Assembly: GCA_965112155.1 (NCBI GenBank)
Contig: OZ218100.1
From: Podarcis liolepis
Lineage: Eukaryota
Direction: 5' to 3' (one strand)
Length of the DNA: 64,000 nt
Shown: positions 1 through 14,050 of the stretch, in pieces
Layout of the letters: each line of letters starts with the position of its first letter
Numbering within the stretch: position 1 is the first letter of the stretch
The notes under the pieces: model-generated
The model's input: only the letters and a program-made list of their open reading frames with translations
Database searches by the model: none
Told to the model about the DNA's origin: nothing
Position numbers and translations under genes: made by a program

Positions 1-300
1 TCATCCTTCAGAAATTCACATATCTCTGAATTTTGCAGTGCATTTCTCCAGCACACAAAAATGCATGTATGGATGTAAAGTGTGCATAGAAATGCATATA
101 TTAGTTAAAATAACATAAACCACATATTTTTGCAAAGCAGTTTTCCCTGATGTGTATCTTAGGATAAATTTGCACTAAAGTGCTAATGAATTTTCATGAG
201 GGCTTAAAAGCTGCAACCCACAAACTAAAGTGGGAGTGTGGAGCATTGAATTTAAAATTAGCAAAAAGAGAAATGGAGAGAAACCAAAACTGAGTATAAG
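1..300 (+). repeat. Old AT-rich interspersed repeat fragment; related pieces at ~5470-5790 (inverted) and ~32250-32610
   Basis: Shared degenerate motifs (ctctgaattttgcagtgca, atgcatatattag) recur in the other copies; family not identified; boundaries approximate. Confidence 0.35.
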
Positions 301-2173
301 TGGGGTTCAAGTGAAGAAAAATCAAACCTTGTCAAAGCACGGTCAAAACTGAGAGACTGTTTGGATTGTTTGAGATCCAATTCAGTGTTGTCTGTGTGCT
401 TCCAGCCTTGAATCCTATGTTTTAACAAACAAACAAACAAACAAACATCAGTCTATTCAGTTCCAAAATTCAAGGGTGAATGCTGATCCTTGTGTAGCAA
501 AAATGGCAGCATCCATGCAAAAAGAGAAAGGAGGTGTGAAAGTTTGCAAGGGGAAAAAGTCTAGAAAAAAACCTTAAGCGGGTGGACACCCAAATCAGCC
601 CCCTGAGGACTTAGAGAGAATGTTGAGAAAGAACAAATTCATTCTTGGTCAAATTGGGAGAGCTGGAAGTCTGTGTCAGCCATGTTTACACCCCACTATT
701 TCCATAATTATTGGAATTATTACTAGCTGTACATAGCATTGACAGATTCACTATACTCTTTCCCACATAGCAAAAATAGATCAGTCAGGATCTTGGCACA
801 ATATTTGTGGTACAGCCGCATGCATAATAAACAGGAACACCGTTGTTTTTTAAGAGGGAAAGAAGGAAGAGATAATTTCAAATAGCATGGAAGTCCACGT
901 TGGGGTTAGAGAGCAGGTTTGTTAAACTGGTTTGGGTTCTCATTAGTGGTAAATACGTGTGGGTCAGGAGAGGAAACGGAAAACCACCTCCCTCCCTCAA
1001 ACTTACTTTCATGGTTGTAAGATGGGCTTAGCATAATTCATCGCTCAAAGAAGCTCCTTTACAAAACTACCTGCAGATGGAAAAATTTGTCTTGTCTTGT
1101 TTATTCACTCTGGGTTCCTGAGCTTGTTTTGTTGCATTTGGAAGTGAATTGTTTGCCTTTTTGGTGCAGGTAACACTGCTCAACATTTCGACCCATTTGA
1201 AGAGGGGGCCCATTCATCTGAAGTGTTGTGGAACTAACAATATGACTCAGGCTGAGGAATGTGTGTGGTATATGTTGGGTTGTGCTTTTTCTTCTGCTCA
1301 TGAGCGTTAAAAGAGAAGAGCAAGGAGGAAGAGTGGGGAGGGGGTGAAATAAATAAATATTCCCCTCTAGATAAATATTAATGCTGGACTCAAGGGGAAA
1401 ACAAACTTTTTAATATTAAAAAATGTCAATATTCAACATATAATGAACATAACACTCTATTGACTATTCACTAATGAAACTACTAGGCTAATCTAGGCTT
1501 CTGGCATTGGCAGAAAAACGTCCATATTAAGGTTCCCCACTCCCACAGTCAGTCTACCAGTAATAAGCATCGTTGTTAGAACAGTTTGGAGGACATAATG
1601 ATAGATTGTTTGTGATACTGGTCCCATTTGTGAAATGGCCCAAATGTAATTTGCCGAAGATACAACTTCTGGGATCTGATAAATTAATAATCTGTCAATT
1701 CAAGGGTGTTTGGTTTTTTTCCTTATTCCAAAGAAGGAAGTATCTGTTTTGGGTTCATTGGTTTTTGTTCAGTAGCATGTTCATAGTTACAAGTTGTCAA
1801 TGTCTTCCAACACCCCTGAGATTCTAGCTCTCTTCCCTCCTCCACATTAGCCCAAATTCTCCCTAGTTGTTTTTCTCTTTTATCATAGAAAGCTCCGAGC
1901 TGCCCTTGTAACTGCTCTGGTGGCACTGATGGCCTGACAAGCCAAAAGCCAGTGTACTAAGCACTAATGGGGGCTTGTGAGAGGTGCAGAATTCTAACTC
2001 TGAGGATTTTGAGAAAATATTAAATCCCTGCAACAAAATGTTGCAATGTGAGGTGCTTCTGCAGTGTTCAAGCCACACTTTACCATCCACCTACATCTGG
2101 TTTTCCTTAGCCCACTCATCCAACATTTAGTAGCCAGTGGCATTGAGCATGCTCAGTCCTCATTAGGCAGAGG

Positions 2174-2174
<1 letters not shown>

Positions 2175-2208
<34 letters not shown>
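2175..2208. repeat. (TG)n microsatellite
   Basis: Direct reading. Confidence 0.95.
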
Positions 2209-2209
<1 letters not shown>

Positions 2210-2954
2210 CTTTTAGGAAGTTTCCTCTATTTGGGAGGGTGGCATGGCGGTGTCCGCCTTTTTGGAGGGTAGAGGGAAGGTGTCCCAGGTACATGAAATT
2301 ATTTAATTTCACCTTTGAAACAGCTCTCTCTGGGAACAGCCCTGGGAACATTTTAAAATAGCTTCTCAGCGGGAACTAGGAAATGATGTACAGAGACAAG
2401 GAAATGCAGTTTGTTTCGTTGTTCTCCTTTTCCAGCCACTCCATTCTGTTTACCCCTTGAGAAGGTAAGGGCTATGCGCCCAGTCTACTAAGCACTCTAA
2501 TTCTCCCCTCCCACGTTGACAAGTGTTCTGTATTAACCAATCTGGAATAAATACTGCTCTGCTTCAATTCTTACCATGGCTCCTCAGATGAGGATTCCCA
2601 ATACTATGCTGGTCTACTCAAAAGTAAGGCCCACTGAGTTTGATTTGTTTACTCTCAGAAAATATAAAGAGATTTAAAAATAAAAAATAGTACAACACAC
2701 ACCAATACTGTTCTGGAAAGCAAGTTTAAGCAATTCCTTTCAGACTTTAGTGTGCTACCAGCTTGTTCTTAAACAACTGCAGCAAACACTCCCCTCGCCC
2801 TGCCACACAACCAGGAGAAAGTTATTAAAACACACCATCAATTTATTTATTTCAAATGAAATCCTGCCTCTTCCAATTTTTCTGAAACTACATGAAGAGG
2901 GGAGCACTTTGAAAAGCAATGGAAAAATAAAGAGAAAACTAACGTGAAAGAAGG

Positions 2955-3080
2955 GGTAGCTCAGTCAGTAGAGCATGAGGCTATGGGTTTGAGCCCCACA
3001 TTGAGTACAAGATCCCTGAATTGCAGGCCATTGTACTAGATGGCCCTTGGTGTCCCCTCCAATTGTACAATTCTATGGAT
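2955..3080 (+). mobile_element. tRNA-derived SINE with CR1-type 3' tail
   Basis: A-box-like gtagctcagtcagtagagc, B-box-like ggtttgagccc, tail ccctccaattgtacaattctatg resembling the CR1 3' end at ~55550-55603. Confidence 0.75.
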
Positions 3081-4310
3081 TTTGATGGTATGGAAGAATG
3101 AGGCAGCTTTAGGAGCTGTTGGGGATGCATAAAATGAAGTTGAGGGCTTCATATGGCCCCCAGGCTTCTCAAATGTGACATAACCTATCCTTTAAAGGTG
3201 TTATGTGCATGCATATGAAGAACTGGATTGTGTCTTTTCCAAAAAAGATAATTCTTCATTACTACCGCTCTTTAGTATTGCCCGTTCCCCTCCCTCTAAA
3301 ATCCTATATTAAGTATGATTTACATAACATCCACATTACTTAATAGATACTGTGAAAGATACTGAGTTTGGCATTCCTGAAGTGGGGAGTCTAAGAGGGC
3401 AAAGGATGTCGGGCCAGTCAAAGCCATAAAAAGGAGAATGATGAACATACATATACAGAGCTGCATAACTGATAAAGCCAGGAAGAGTGAATGTTGACAT
3501 TTCTGTGTTTCTGTCTGTTTCGATTGCATTTTAAAACTTGATATCTGTGGGGATTTTGCTGTTTTGTCTACATGTGATATGCGCAGTGGGGAAACAGCGA
3601 TCCACTGGATCAATCAATTCCTTGAAGGTTATACGCTTTGCTGGTGGTTTCAGGGTGGATAATTAAAAAAATATGCCTTACTGCAGGCTGGTGAAAGATA
3701 TGTTTGCTGACAGGGGCTTGTGGGAAGAGGTGGACTTCAAAGTGGCTGCTTGTTCAGAGCATGGAAAATGTATCAGTGAAGACAAATATTGTCAGAGTAC
3801 AGAGCTTGTGGTTTAAGCTCAGATGAATGAACACATCACTTCTGTAATGATGCAAAGGAGAAAAGATTGTAAATCTGGCTTCTCTGGGAAAAGTGAACTT
3901 TGAGTGAATTCTGAAGGCATTATTTCTACAGAAAGTGCTTTCAAATTTACATCAAAAGCAGAGCACAAAGCGCCTTCTTCTTTCTCTTTTTCTCAGCTCC
4001 ATCCACGCAGCTCAGCAAGTAAACATGGGAAGGCATTTTAATAGCTGGCAGTGCACTGTTTACCCACCGCTTTATCAAACAGGATGGCTGCAGAGAGTAA
4101 TCAAGGCTTCATATGGATTGCATTATTTTGATGCATGGTGTCATATTTTCTTACTGGTTCTGATACATCAGTGACTTTCAGTTCCTTATCTCAGTTTTGT
4201 GGCTTATAAACTGTAATTGACTGTCTCCAGGGACAACAGTAAACTATTTTTCCCTTTCCTGTTGTCATTTTTTGCCCTAAACTTTTATTGTGTGCTCTTT
4301 CCCTCCTTGA

Positions 4311-4372
4311 AATAATAATAATAATAGTAGTAATAGTAGTAATAGTTGTTGTTGTTGTTGTTGTTGTTGTTA
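4311..4372. repeat. Compound (AAT/AGT/GTT)n microsatellite
   Basis: Direct reading. Confidence 0.9.
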
Positions 4373-4934
4373 TTTCAGCTTGATAGTCTATGTGTGTATT
4401 AATGTAACAGGCAACATTTTATTCTAGGAACAAAAAAAGAGAGATCTAGGATTTTTAATTGTTGCTTGGGACAAAAAACACCTAGAGAAGAAGCAGGTTA
4501 CCCCAATAGCCTAACACCACTGCTTATGCCTTGCTGTCACAGCCAAAACGCTGGAAAGAATCATGAGGAACAACCCTGCTTATTTACTTCAAGATTCCTC
4601 CTGCAAATCATTTAGATTGGAGCGGCCTCATAAAATATTTTGTTGTGGTTAAAAGCAGACATGTCCATCAAAATGAAAAATCCTCCCCCCCCCCCACTTC
4701 TTGAGTTTTGGGGATTTTTTTAAAGTCAGCATGGTTTCTTTTCTCATAAAAAAATTAAAAAATTGTGCATTGAACTTTTTTTGGGGAAAACAACTCAGAA
4801 ATTTAGAGTGGGGGCTGATCTGCCTCAAGACACGTTGTTGATGTGTCTTGCGAGGACATGACCTGAATCACCCCTATTTTTCTTGTTTGGGGTACACACA
4901 AAGCCAGTGGGCACCCCTAGTAATCACCAAATGA

Positions 4935-5035
4935 GGCTGTGGATTCAAGCCCCACGTTGGGCAAAAGATGTCTTTATTGAAGGGGGTTGGACTTAGATGA
5001 CCCACATAGTCCCTTCCAACTCTATAATTCTATGA
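4935..5035 (+). mobile_element. Partial tRNA-derived SINE with CR1-type tail
   Basis: ggattcaagccccacgttgggcaaaaga...gtcccttccaactctataattctatgatt, homologous to copies at 2955 and 38165. Confidence 0.7.
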
Positions 5036-7679
5036 TTGATGCAAGAGTTGCAAGATAATGATTATGAACAGTGCTTTGACCACTTGACAGTGCCTTACAA
5101 ATGTTAAATGATGTGATATTAGTACTTGAACAAATATTAGTACAAGGGCATTTGGCTGGGAAACTGAGTTGCCCTTCAGCAAACACAAATCCTAGGATGG
5201 GAGCCCTTCTACCATAGACTGATGACACATTCTAGAAGAATGCTGTGCTGTTGGGACCATTGATCATGTTGTTTTGATATTGGAGTACAGAATTGTGGCC
5301 TATAAGTCCCAAAAACATTTGTGTTCTTCAGGATTCTGAGTTAAATGGCCAAACTAGAAGTTGGCAGCCCCACTTCACAGAAAAGAAACTGGAGTTCAAG
5401 GACAGTTAAGTTACCCTAGCAGGCTGGCCTTTGAATGAGTGATAGAGCAAGGTGACAATTAGGTTCTCCACATTAGGTTGCATTTTTTTAAAAGTCCTTA
5501 TGAAAATTTGACCGCATTTTAGTGCTTATCTCTCATAATATGTTTTTTTACATACAAGTTTCCTTAATATATTTAATACATTTTCACTAAAATATGCATA
5601 TTTATGCACACTTTTCCCCAATGCACATGTTTTAATACAGTTTATGGATAGAGAACTGCATGGCAAAATTCAGAGTTGTGTGCATTTCAAAGGACAGCTG
5701 CATTTCCTTTAGCAAATTGTTTCAGGAAGTGTGAATTAGATAGGTTCTCATTAAAATGCAAACCAAACTGAATTTCTCCTGCATCTTTACTTTGAACTCA
5801 GGGCTTCTTTCCACCTTCGCATCCACGGTCTGTACCCAAGAATGAATGAGCTTATACGGACATAGCATACCTCTGTGAACTTTCCAAGAGAAGGTGGGTA
5901 TTATTCTCAGCATTTTAAAGCAGGAAGCAATTAAGGCTGTCCTTATAAACATAGGGACAGGAATGAACCTAGATGTCCTGGCTCACTCTGCAATTTACTA
6001 AATCTAATAGCTTTTCCCAGCATAAGAAAAACCACCAGATGGGGACTGTAGCATCATCAAATAAATGAGGGATCTTCACTTAATGATTTGCCATTGCTTA
6101 TAAGCATAGCATTCTTAAACTGAGGGAGACTGGAAAATTCAGTGATTACCCTGGCTGAACTCTTATGAGCTTTTATGAGCTTCAGATTGAGACATTCTTA
6201 ACATCAGTCCAGGCCATCCTTAGATAGTCAAGTAGAACAGGCTCTTAGTGGTTAGTGGAGAGGATACTGAGGTATTGGCCTTGGTTACTTTGGGCATGAA
6301 ATATATGCTGTCAAAAATCCAAGGTAGTCAAATGTAAACTTTGCATGTTGTTGGTATTTTATTTTTTATTTTTTAAAAATAAATTGCTTTATATGTTCTC
6401 AGACTATTGAGAAGGAATCTGTATTTTTCCAGTATTCCAGCTGTTTCAGATTGTGGCTACAATTCTGTTCACAGGCTGTAATACTCTGGATACTTACCTG
6501 AGAGTAATCCCTATCAAACTCTTAGTCTTGCATCCAAACACAAGCATAGGATTGTCCCGCATATTTTTTTTATATTGATATTACTAAGTGCATAGTTGCT
6601 GCCTTTATTTATCTTTTCTTCTTCTCCCACATTATAATTTCCTAATCCTGAAGGTTCATACAAGACCTTGTATTTTCCCTTGCGTACAACACTGTTACAA
6701 TTTCACATCTGGCAAGGTACTGAGGAGGGAATCTTTTAAGGCTGTTTGTCTTAAGGTGCTTAACAAAATTGTGCAGCTGTATTGTAGTGCTTATAGGCTC
6801 TTACTGCTCTTCTGAAACCTTTGGACAAAAACCCAAATTGCTCCAGACCAGCCCTGTTTAACATCACAAGACAGGTTGTTGTTGTTGTTGTTGTTGTTGT
6901 TTTACTAAAGATGAAATATTCAGGTGAGAAGTTTACTGAACTTGATTTATGTATAGAATATCCCTGAAAATTGACAGTCTATCTGATTTGTTTTTCATCC
7001 TCCTAGTTTTACCATTGTGACAACTGAAGGCAGAGAATAGAAAAAGGAGGTCAGTGGGCAAAGAGTTGGGGTGGGCGAGACCCCTGGAGTATTAAAGTGA
7101 TTTAACCAGTTTATATTAATGGTATAGGAGGGAGTTTTTTGGGGGGTCCTCAAAGCATAGCAGGCAATGGATGTGCCATATTGCCGTATGGTTTCAGCTA
7201 TCAACATGTCTAAATTTAGTTTTGCTGTTAACATTTTATGATTTAGAAGGCTATAACTGCAGCATAGTAGCAAAACAGCCATCATTCCCTTGGCTCTATT
7301 TATCAGGCTTCCTCTCTGCAAGGCTTCCCGTTATAAAACAAATTGGGGGGGGGGGGACAAAGTGAACAGGATTGAAGGGAGAGACAGGTACTATTTCAGT
7401 CTTTCATTTTTTGTTCCATCTGGCAAGTTATAAGAATAAAGATACGGATAAGCCACTTTTGAATAGTCTGTTTTTCAGGTGAAAGTGGAATCCAAATATA
7501 TAGCTTATTGGCTTCACCAGTGACAGCTAAAGATAGCCCAAGAAGCATGTGTGTGAGATGTAGTTTGACATCTGCTACTCAAAAACTAGCTGGATGTTTA
7601 TTATGCTGCAGGGAAGATATTCCACGTGCTGCAGTCGTTTGCTAAGTAGAAAGCAGATATAACATGCAAAGGTCTAGCA

Positions 7680-7913
7680 CAGGCATGGCCAAATGTGGCC
7701 CTCCAGCTGCTTTGGGACTACAGCTCCCATCATCGCTAGCTAACAGGACCATAGCTGTCAACTTTTTCCTTTTTTTAAGGGAAATTCTCTTATTCCAAAT
7801 AGGATTCCTTGCAAGAAAAGGGAAAAGTTGACAGCTATGAACAGGACCAGTGGTCAGGGATGATGGGAACTGTAGTCCCAAAACATCTGGAGGGCCAAGT
7901 TTGGCCATACCTG
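7680..7913. mobile_element. hAT-type MITE carrying a nested MITE
   Basis: TIRs caggcatggccaa/ttggccatacctg; 8-bp TSD gtctagca (7672-7679, 7914-7921). Confidence 0.9.
7750..7839. mobile_element. 90-bp hAT-type MITE nested in the previous element
   Basis: TIRs catagctgtcaac/gttgacagctatg; 8-bp TSD aacaggac (7742-7749, 7840-7847). Confidence 0.9.
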
Positions 7914-8089
7914 GTCTAGCATTAACCATGAAGCTAGGTGAAGCAGTGCTTCAGGCAACCAATGCCATGGGGGTTACAATTTTCTTAGCTCCAACCTGAC
8001 TCTTCATGTGTAATTAAAGAAAAGAGGAAGACTCTCATTCTTTGCTACAGGTGTGGAATTGCTTAAGGTAGCAATCTTAACTCTAATAG

Positions 8090-8343
8090 CAGGGGTCAGC
8101 AAACTTTTTCAGCAGGTGGCCAGTCCACTGTCCCTCAGACCTTGTGGGGGGCTGGACTATATATATATTTTTTGGGGGGGATGAACGAATTCCTATGCCC
8201 CACAAATAACCCAGGGATGCATTTTAAATAAAAGGACACATTCTACGCATGTAAAAACACACTGATTCCCGGACCATCAGCGGGCTGGATTCAGAAGGCG
8301 ATTGGGCTGGATCTGGCCCCCGGGCTTTAGTTTGCTACCCATG
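8090..8343. mobile_element. hAT-type MITE
   Basis: Ends caggggtcagcaaa/tttgctacccatg; 8-bp TSD tctaatag (8082-8089, 8344-8351). Confidence 0.88.
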
Positions 8344-9727
8344 TCTAATAGCATAAGTAAGCCTGCTGGATCAAACTGGCACCCCATCTATTCCAGCATC
8401 CTATTCTCACAATGGCCAACCAGATGCCTGTGGGAAGATTGCAAGTTGGACAACAGCACTTTGCCCAACCAAATTTCCCCACAACAGGTATTCAGAGGCA
8501 TAGTGTCTTTTATATTGTATGCAGAGCATAGCCATTGTGGCTAGTAACCCTATTTACCTGGCGAATTGAATTCAATAAGACTGACTTCTGAGTGGGCATG
8601 GCTAGGATTGCACTGGAAGGCATTAGCACTGAACTTGGAGACAGCCATATATGGGAGAGGGAAATCATGCCTCAAAGTAGAACTTCTAACAAATCTTTCC
8701 ATTATAAATTTATAAACTTCCTTATAAATTGTGAAAACTTACTATATATGATAGCCAGACTTTGCTCCCTTGACAGCTAGAAACAGTCTCTCCTAGCACC
8801 GAAACTAATTATTCAGTGTGCAGAAAAGGAGGTCCCAAATGCCAGGCACTCAACCAGAGGTTTGCTCCCTCTAGTCAAACATTTATGATCCCTTTTGCCT
8901 TTCACGATCACAACTTAACAGAACAGCTGCTGCATGCAGAGTTCCATTGCCACTCCCTACAGGGAATGAGTAAGTATAACCCCAATGGCAACAGCTAGCT
9001 CAGTGTCTATTCCAGGTAAACCACTGGAAAACATGATTAAAGTTTGCATTATTAGGCGTATAGAAGGACAAAACCTCTTGTGGAAGAACCATCGAAGAGA
9101 TTACATACTTCATCAACCTCATTTAAGAGTGTAAGCAAGTATTGAGATAGGACTGATCTGGGCTTGTAAGTCCAAAGGGTTCTATTTGGTTCGATGGTTG
9201 TTTTGTTGTAATGTGATTTTAATTGTTGTATTGATTCACACACCCCTTTATAAGCCATCTTGACCTTTGGAGCAGAATCATGTTTCTAAAAGGTTTTAAC
9301 AGAGCAATCCTAGGGAGGGGCGTATGAGACAGAGAAAGAGTTGGTGGCAGTAGAACCACTGTTTCCTAAGCCCTGCTGGGCTCCCACCAACCAGGGTGGA
9401 AGATGGAGGGGCAGCTTTCAACCTCTTGCCACCTTTTTAAATTACCCATTTGTTTCTTTTCAAATTATAGCAGAAATAACTATGCCAGCTCAAGGTCCGG
9501 CAGAGTTTCCCCCATTGCACTGGATGTGCATTTCTGAGAAATTAGGGAACTTTGGAATGGGTGGATCTAAAGGTCACTCTCAGTCCCTCTCTGACATGCC
9601 CCCAGAACACCCTTACACTTTTGCCCACCACCCATGGGGCACTGTTGGTGAAGCATCTATAGTGGCAGAGGTTTCCCCTGCCAGTCAAGGGAAGACTGCT
9701 GCAGTAGCTTAGAAACCTATTATAGTA

Positions 9728-9958
9728 CAGTGGTACCTCAGGTTAAATACTTAATTCATTATGGAGGTCCATTCTTAACCTGAAACTGTACTTAGCCTGA
9801 GTTACCCCTTTAGCTAATGGGGCCTCCTGCTGCCGCCGCGTGATTTCTGTTCTCATCCTGAAGCAAAGTTCTTAACCCGAGGTACTATTTCTGGGTTAGC
9901 GGAGTCTGTAACCTGAAGCATATGTAACTTGAAGCGTATGTAACCTGAGGTACCACTG
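9728..9958. mobile_element. Tc1/mariner-type MITE
   Basis: TIRs cagtggtacctcaggtt/aacctgaggtaccactg flanked by TA; same family at 49536-49727 and a fragment at ~13919. Confidence 0.9.
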
Positions 9959-12264
9959 TAATAATAAATAACAACAATAGGTGGGACCCCACAAAGTAGA
10001 TCTACTAGTGCAAGAATGCCTGCTTGCATCGTGGAATTTCCCCTCCCTCTTCTCTACCCAAGCATGCTCCCCAAATCTGCTCCAGGGGGTCGAGGAACCC
10101 ATAGTAGGGTGCAGGGGGCATGAGAGGAGAGGGGAAGGAGGTTCTGTTGCACAGCTGTGCTCTAGTAGATCTACTTTGCTGGTATGATGGTTATTATGAG
10201 TATGGTGATGTTGATCATCGTAATAGTAATAGACCTGTATCCTGGTAACTTTCTGAGGACCATAGACTTGCACCCTTAAATAAATGAATAACATTCAGTA
10301 AACACCCACTGAGGGACAGAATAACTGAGATTTCAACATTATTCTCAGACCAAAATGGCCTCCACTTAGGCACGCCTCCAGATTTTTTTGTTTATTTGTT
10401 CCTAAAAGTGGAGGGTGGGGGAGGGCACCAATAACTCAAAATAATTCATATGAGTTCATATTAAGGAAATATGTTGTTTGTATTCTCTGTGGAAATTAGG
10501 CTGTGTGTTTTCACTTTATGCATCAAATTTAGCTTTCCCCCAGATAACCCTGAGGGAAGCGGGTGCAGCTGATTTCTTCATTTGCAAGCCAAAAACCTGA
10601 CAGCCCCAGATGTGAGCCAGTCCAGCTTTAGGTGTGAAAGCTGTTTTTGAAAGCCAAAATACAGGCAATTAAGGAGATTCTCCTCATTTTGAGCTCCTCT
10701 TTAACCAGGCTGTCAGTCCTGGATGTGGTGTTCCAGACAGAGCAAGGATGAACATGATAGACAGAACACCTGGAGCCTTTCCCAAGAGAAACAAAGCAGA
10801 AGGACAAATAAAATAAAAGCAATGACCACCTACTGTAAAGAATTGCTGAGCAACAATGGCAAGGAATGAACTAATGAGGAAACGCATAATGAGGCAAAGG
10901 AGAACAGATAGCAGGATAGCTGGGCAAATGCTGTGCACTACCTCAAAAATACAACAAGCTGTACACACACTATCCTTAAAGCTATCCTTAAGTCAGAGAA
11001 GTGTTTACCTTATTAATACAGTGCAACCTTATTTGTGCATTTAAAAATTCCATTTTGACTCTTAGAGAAATACACCCACTCATGCAAATTTATGAAAATG
11101 CCTGAAACGTGTAGTTCAAGTTTTTGATTGTTTTGGTGGAGGTGGGGGGGGGACCCATCAGTCAAGCTTCTTTTGCCATAGTTGTGCCATGATAGCAACC
11201 TAATGGTTAACGCAGGGGGCACCAACCTGGGATCTGTGGGCACAAATGCACCCACAGAGGGCTGCCCTGTTTTCCACAGGGCTCCTATCCTCACCACTTG
11301 ACACTGATATTAAACTTTCAAGAAACATTATATTGCAGCCAATAAAATAGATTGTGGTGTGTGTTGTGCATGGTGCCCACAACCATTTCTCAGCTTTGCA
11401 AAGGTGGCTCCAGGCCAAGAATTCAATAACTCGGTTAACTTTGAAGTAGGCAGAAACTGCCTCAAACTTCCCTCCTCCTCCTAGCAGGCTTCCAAATGTC
11501 TGTTTGTGAGGTGGAAACATGGATGAAAGGGCTTTCCTTTTCTAAATATCTCCACTTATGTAGAGTGAGGGAAGAAAGCAAATACGAAAACAGGAAAAGA
11601 AATATTAGCTGTCCATGTAGTGATCTCTAGTTTAAATTTGTAGGTAGAAATAACCAATAAGAGAAGAGCAGATTCTCCTCCCCTCAAAAAACCACTCACA
11701 CGTTGTGCAAATAATCACCTTTTAATTGTTTCACCTGGGTGTTGCCTTTGTGCTGGCTTGCGCATTCAAGGTGGGTGGCTCAAAGTTCAGAGAGCACTGA
11801 ACAATATGGAACCCCGTGTGATCAAACTAAGCATAAATTAACTTGAGCGTTATGTTTCAGCAGATGCAAACACCACCATTTCCTTTTTTAAAAAAAAATA
11901 AATATTTATGGAATAAAATGTTGCATTGCAGAAAGGACTTAACTGTGTTACACTAATTGAAGGAGAGTGCCTGTAAATGTTTAATATGCCCGCAGGAATG
12001 TATGCAATCCAAGAAAACAAAGAGTAAAACATCAACAGGATGCTAAATTGTCCTTCTCAGATACCTGAGTTAGGAAACCAAGACAGGATTAAGTTAACAG
12101 TTAACTGTGAAACCAGGATAACAAGGCTGCAATCCTAATCATACTTACTTGGGAATAAACCCAACTGAATTCAATGAGACTTCCTTCTGAGTGGTTGGCA
12201 TCTGTCGTGAAACAATGTTTCATGCATCTTTGGGCGGTGGAGAATTAAGGGTGCCTGCTGTACA

Positions 12265-12531
12265 TAGGGTTGCCATACATCCGGATTTTCCTGGGCATAT
12301 TTGGAATACAGCAGTTGGGAGCAGTGTCTGGGCAGAAATCGGGGAAATGTCTGGGGAAATCCGGACAGCCCATGTCGGCAGTGCCGTTTTTGCAGTTTTT
12401 CCATAAAAGTAGCTCAAAAGTGGCAAATTTTGGTGGGCGACTTTGCCCAAAATGCTCAACAACTTTGGGCACAACTAAAAGAAGCTCAACAACTGCCTAG
12501 ATTTTTCACAGTTTGAAATATGGCAACCCTA
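12265..12531. mobile_element. hAT-like MITE
   Basis: TIRs tagggttgccata/tatggcaacccta; TSD degenerate. Confidence 0.75.
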
Positions 12532-14050
12532 CCTATATGGGAAAGACATGTTTTGTTGCAGCCGGGGCAGATGAAAGCATCTGCTTACACTGATGCTTTC
12601 GTATTCAGAAGTGTTAGAAAAGTGAGAGCGAGAGGAAGTCAGGGCGAGGAAAAGTTGTACAGAAACATATCAAAGGATCGATTCACATATATCCTAGAGC
12701 AGATGACAAATCTTGGAGATGTGGGACAACAGGAGTGAAAATATCACGTTTGGTGTATGTGTACTAAGTTGTTCTGGGAGTTAGTGTTGGTGAACACCAA
12801 GGAAATGACAGGTTGTAGCAAAGCAGGCCCCATTAATCATTTTGTTTGGTAACACAGAAAATGAAGTAAACAGGGTGAATAGAGAAATGCTTACTTATGT
12901 ATTTACGGCTGTCAGAATGGCAGTCTGCCAAAAGTGGGAACAGAAAGAATCTCTGACACAAGAAGATGGTTGAATGGGATATGGGATACATGCTGAAGCT
13001 GACGGACAGGATCAAAAACAGAGAAGGTTGGCAAGGGAGTAAGAGCTTTATTGATAGATTGTCATTGTTTATTATGGATTGGAATAACAAAGTGCAACCG
13101 TATAACTTGCTGGGAGATGGGTAATAGATGACTGCAAATGTTCACTACTTCTCTTCAGTTTCCCTCCTCCCTTGTATAAAGCATATGGCATTTACTCTGT
13201 ACAGTATGTTTTTTAACCTCTGTATCTCACTTATGTTATGGATTAACACAAACAATTATAAGCTTGTATTACAACTTACTGCCATTTATTTTTAGTTTTA
13301 AAAATGAGGGGATTTATTTATTTTTTAAGAGCATTTTAGAAGGGAGGCATTTTTCAGGACTGCCAAAAATGTTCACAGGAAACTGAAGCTCTAGTTTCCA
13401 TGACTTGCTAGAAGACTTTTAAAACCCTTATGTTTTAGTGACCTTTAAAAGTCCCATCTGAAAACGTTCTTGCTGACTCTTCTGCAATTCTTTTTATTCA
13501 CTGTATGCTACCTTTTACAGCCTCTGTGATGAACACAAAGCTAAAGGGATTAAAATGGAGTTGATGGGTTGCCAAACCACTGGATGTTTTTTTTCTAAAC
13601 TACATTTATTTTTGCTTCTCTAGTTGTCCTTTGTCGCCCATCTGCTGGAATCCTCTTCTAGATAAGACCCATTACAAGCAAGTATTAGGCCATGGACTGT
13701 GCCTAGTCATTGACTATCATCTTTGTGCAGAACAATGGGCAGGAAGGTTACCCTCTACCTACACATCTAGACCCTGAGGAGTAACAGGAAGCACTGTGGA
13801 AAAAGGCATGCTGGAGCCTGGTATTTTTTGTGGTATTTTTTACATAAAGTGTGCTATTCATGTAGAAATGTTAACCCAAGTAAATAAAGCAAATCCAACT
13901 GTAATATTATTACTAATGCAGTGGTACCTTGGTTTACAAACTTAATCCGTTCCAGGTATCCTTTTGTCATTAAGTATAAAACACATTCATAAAATGTGTT
14001 CAATGAATTCCAGTCATTCTCTTTATAACTGGGACTTCCACAACTTTATT

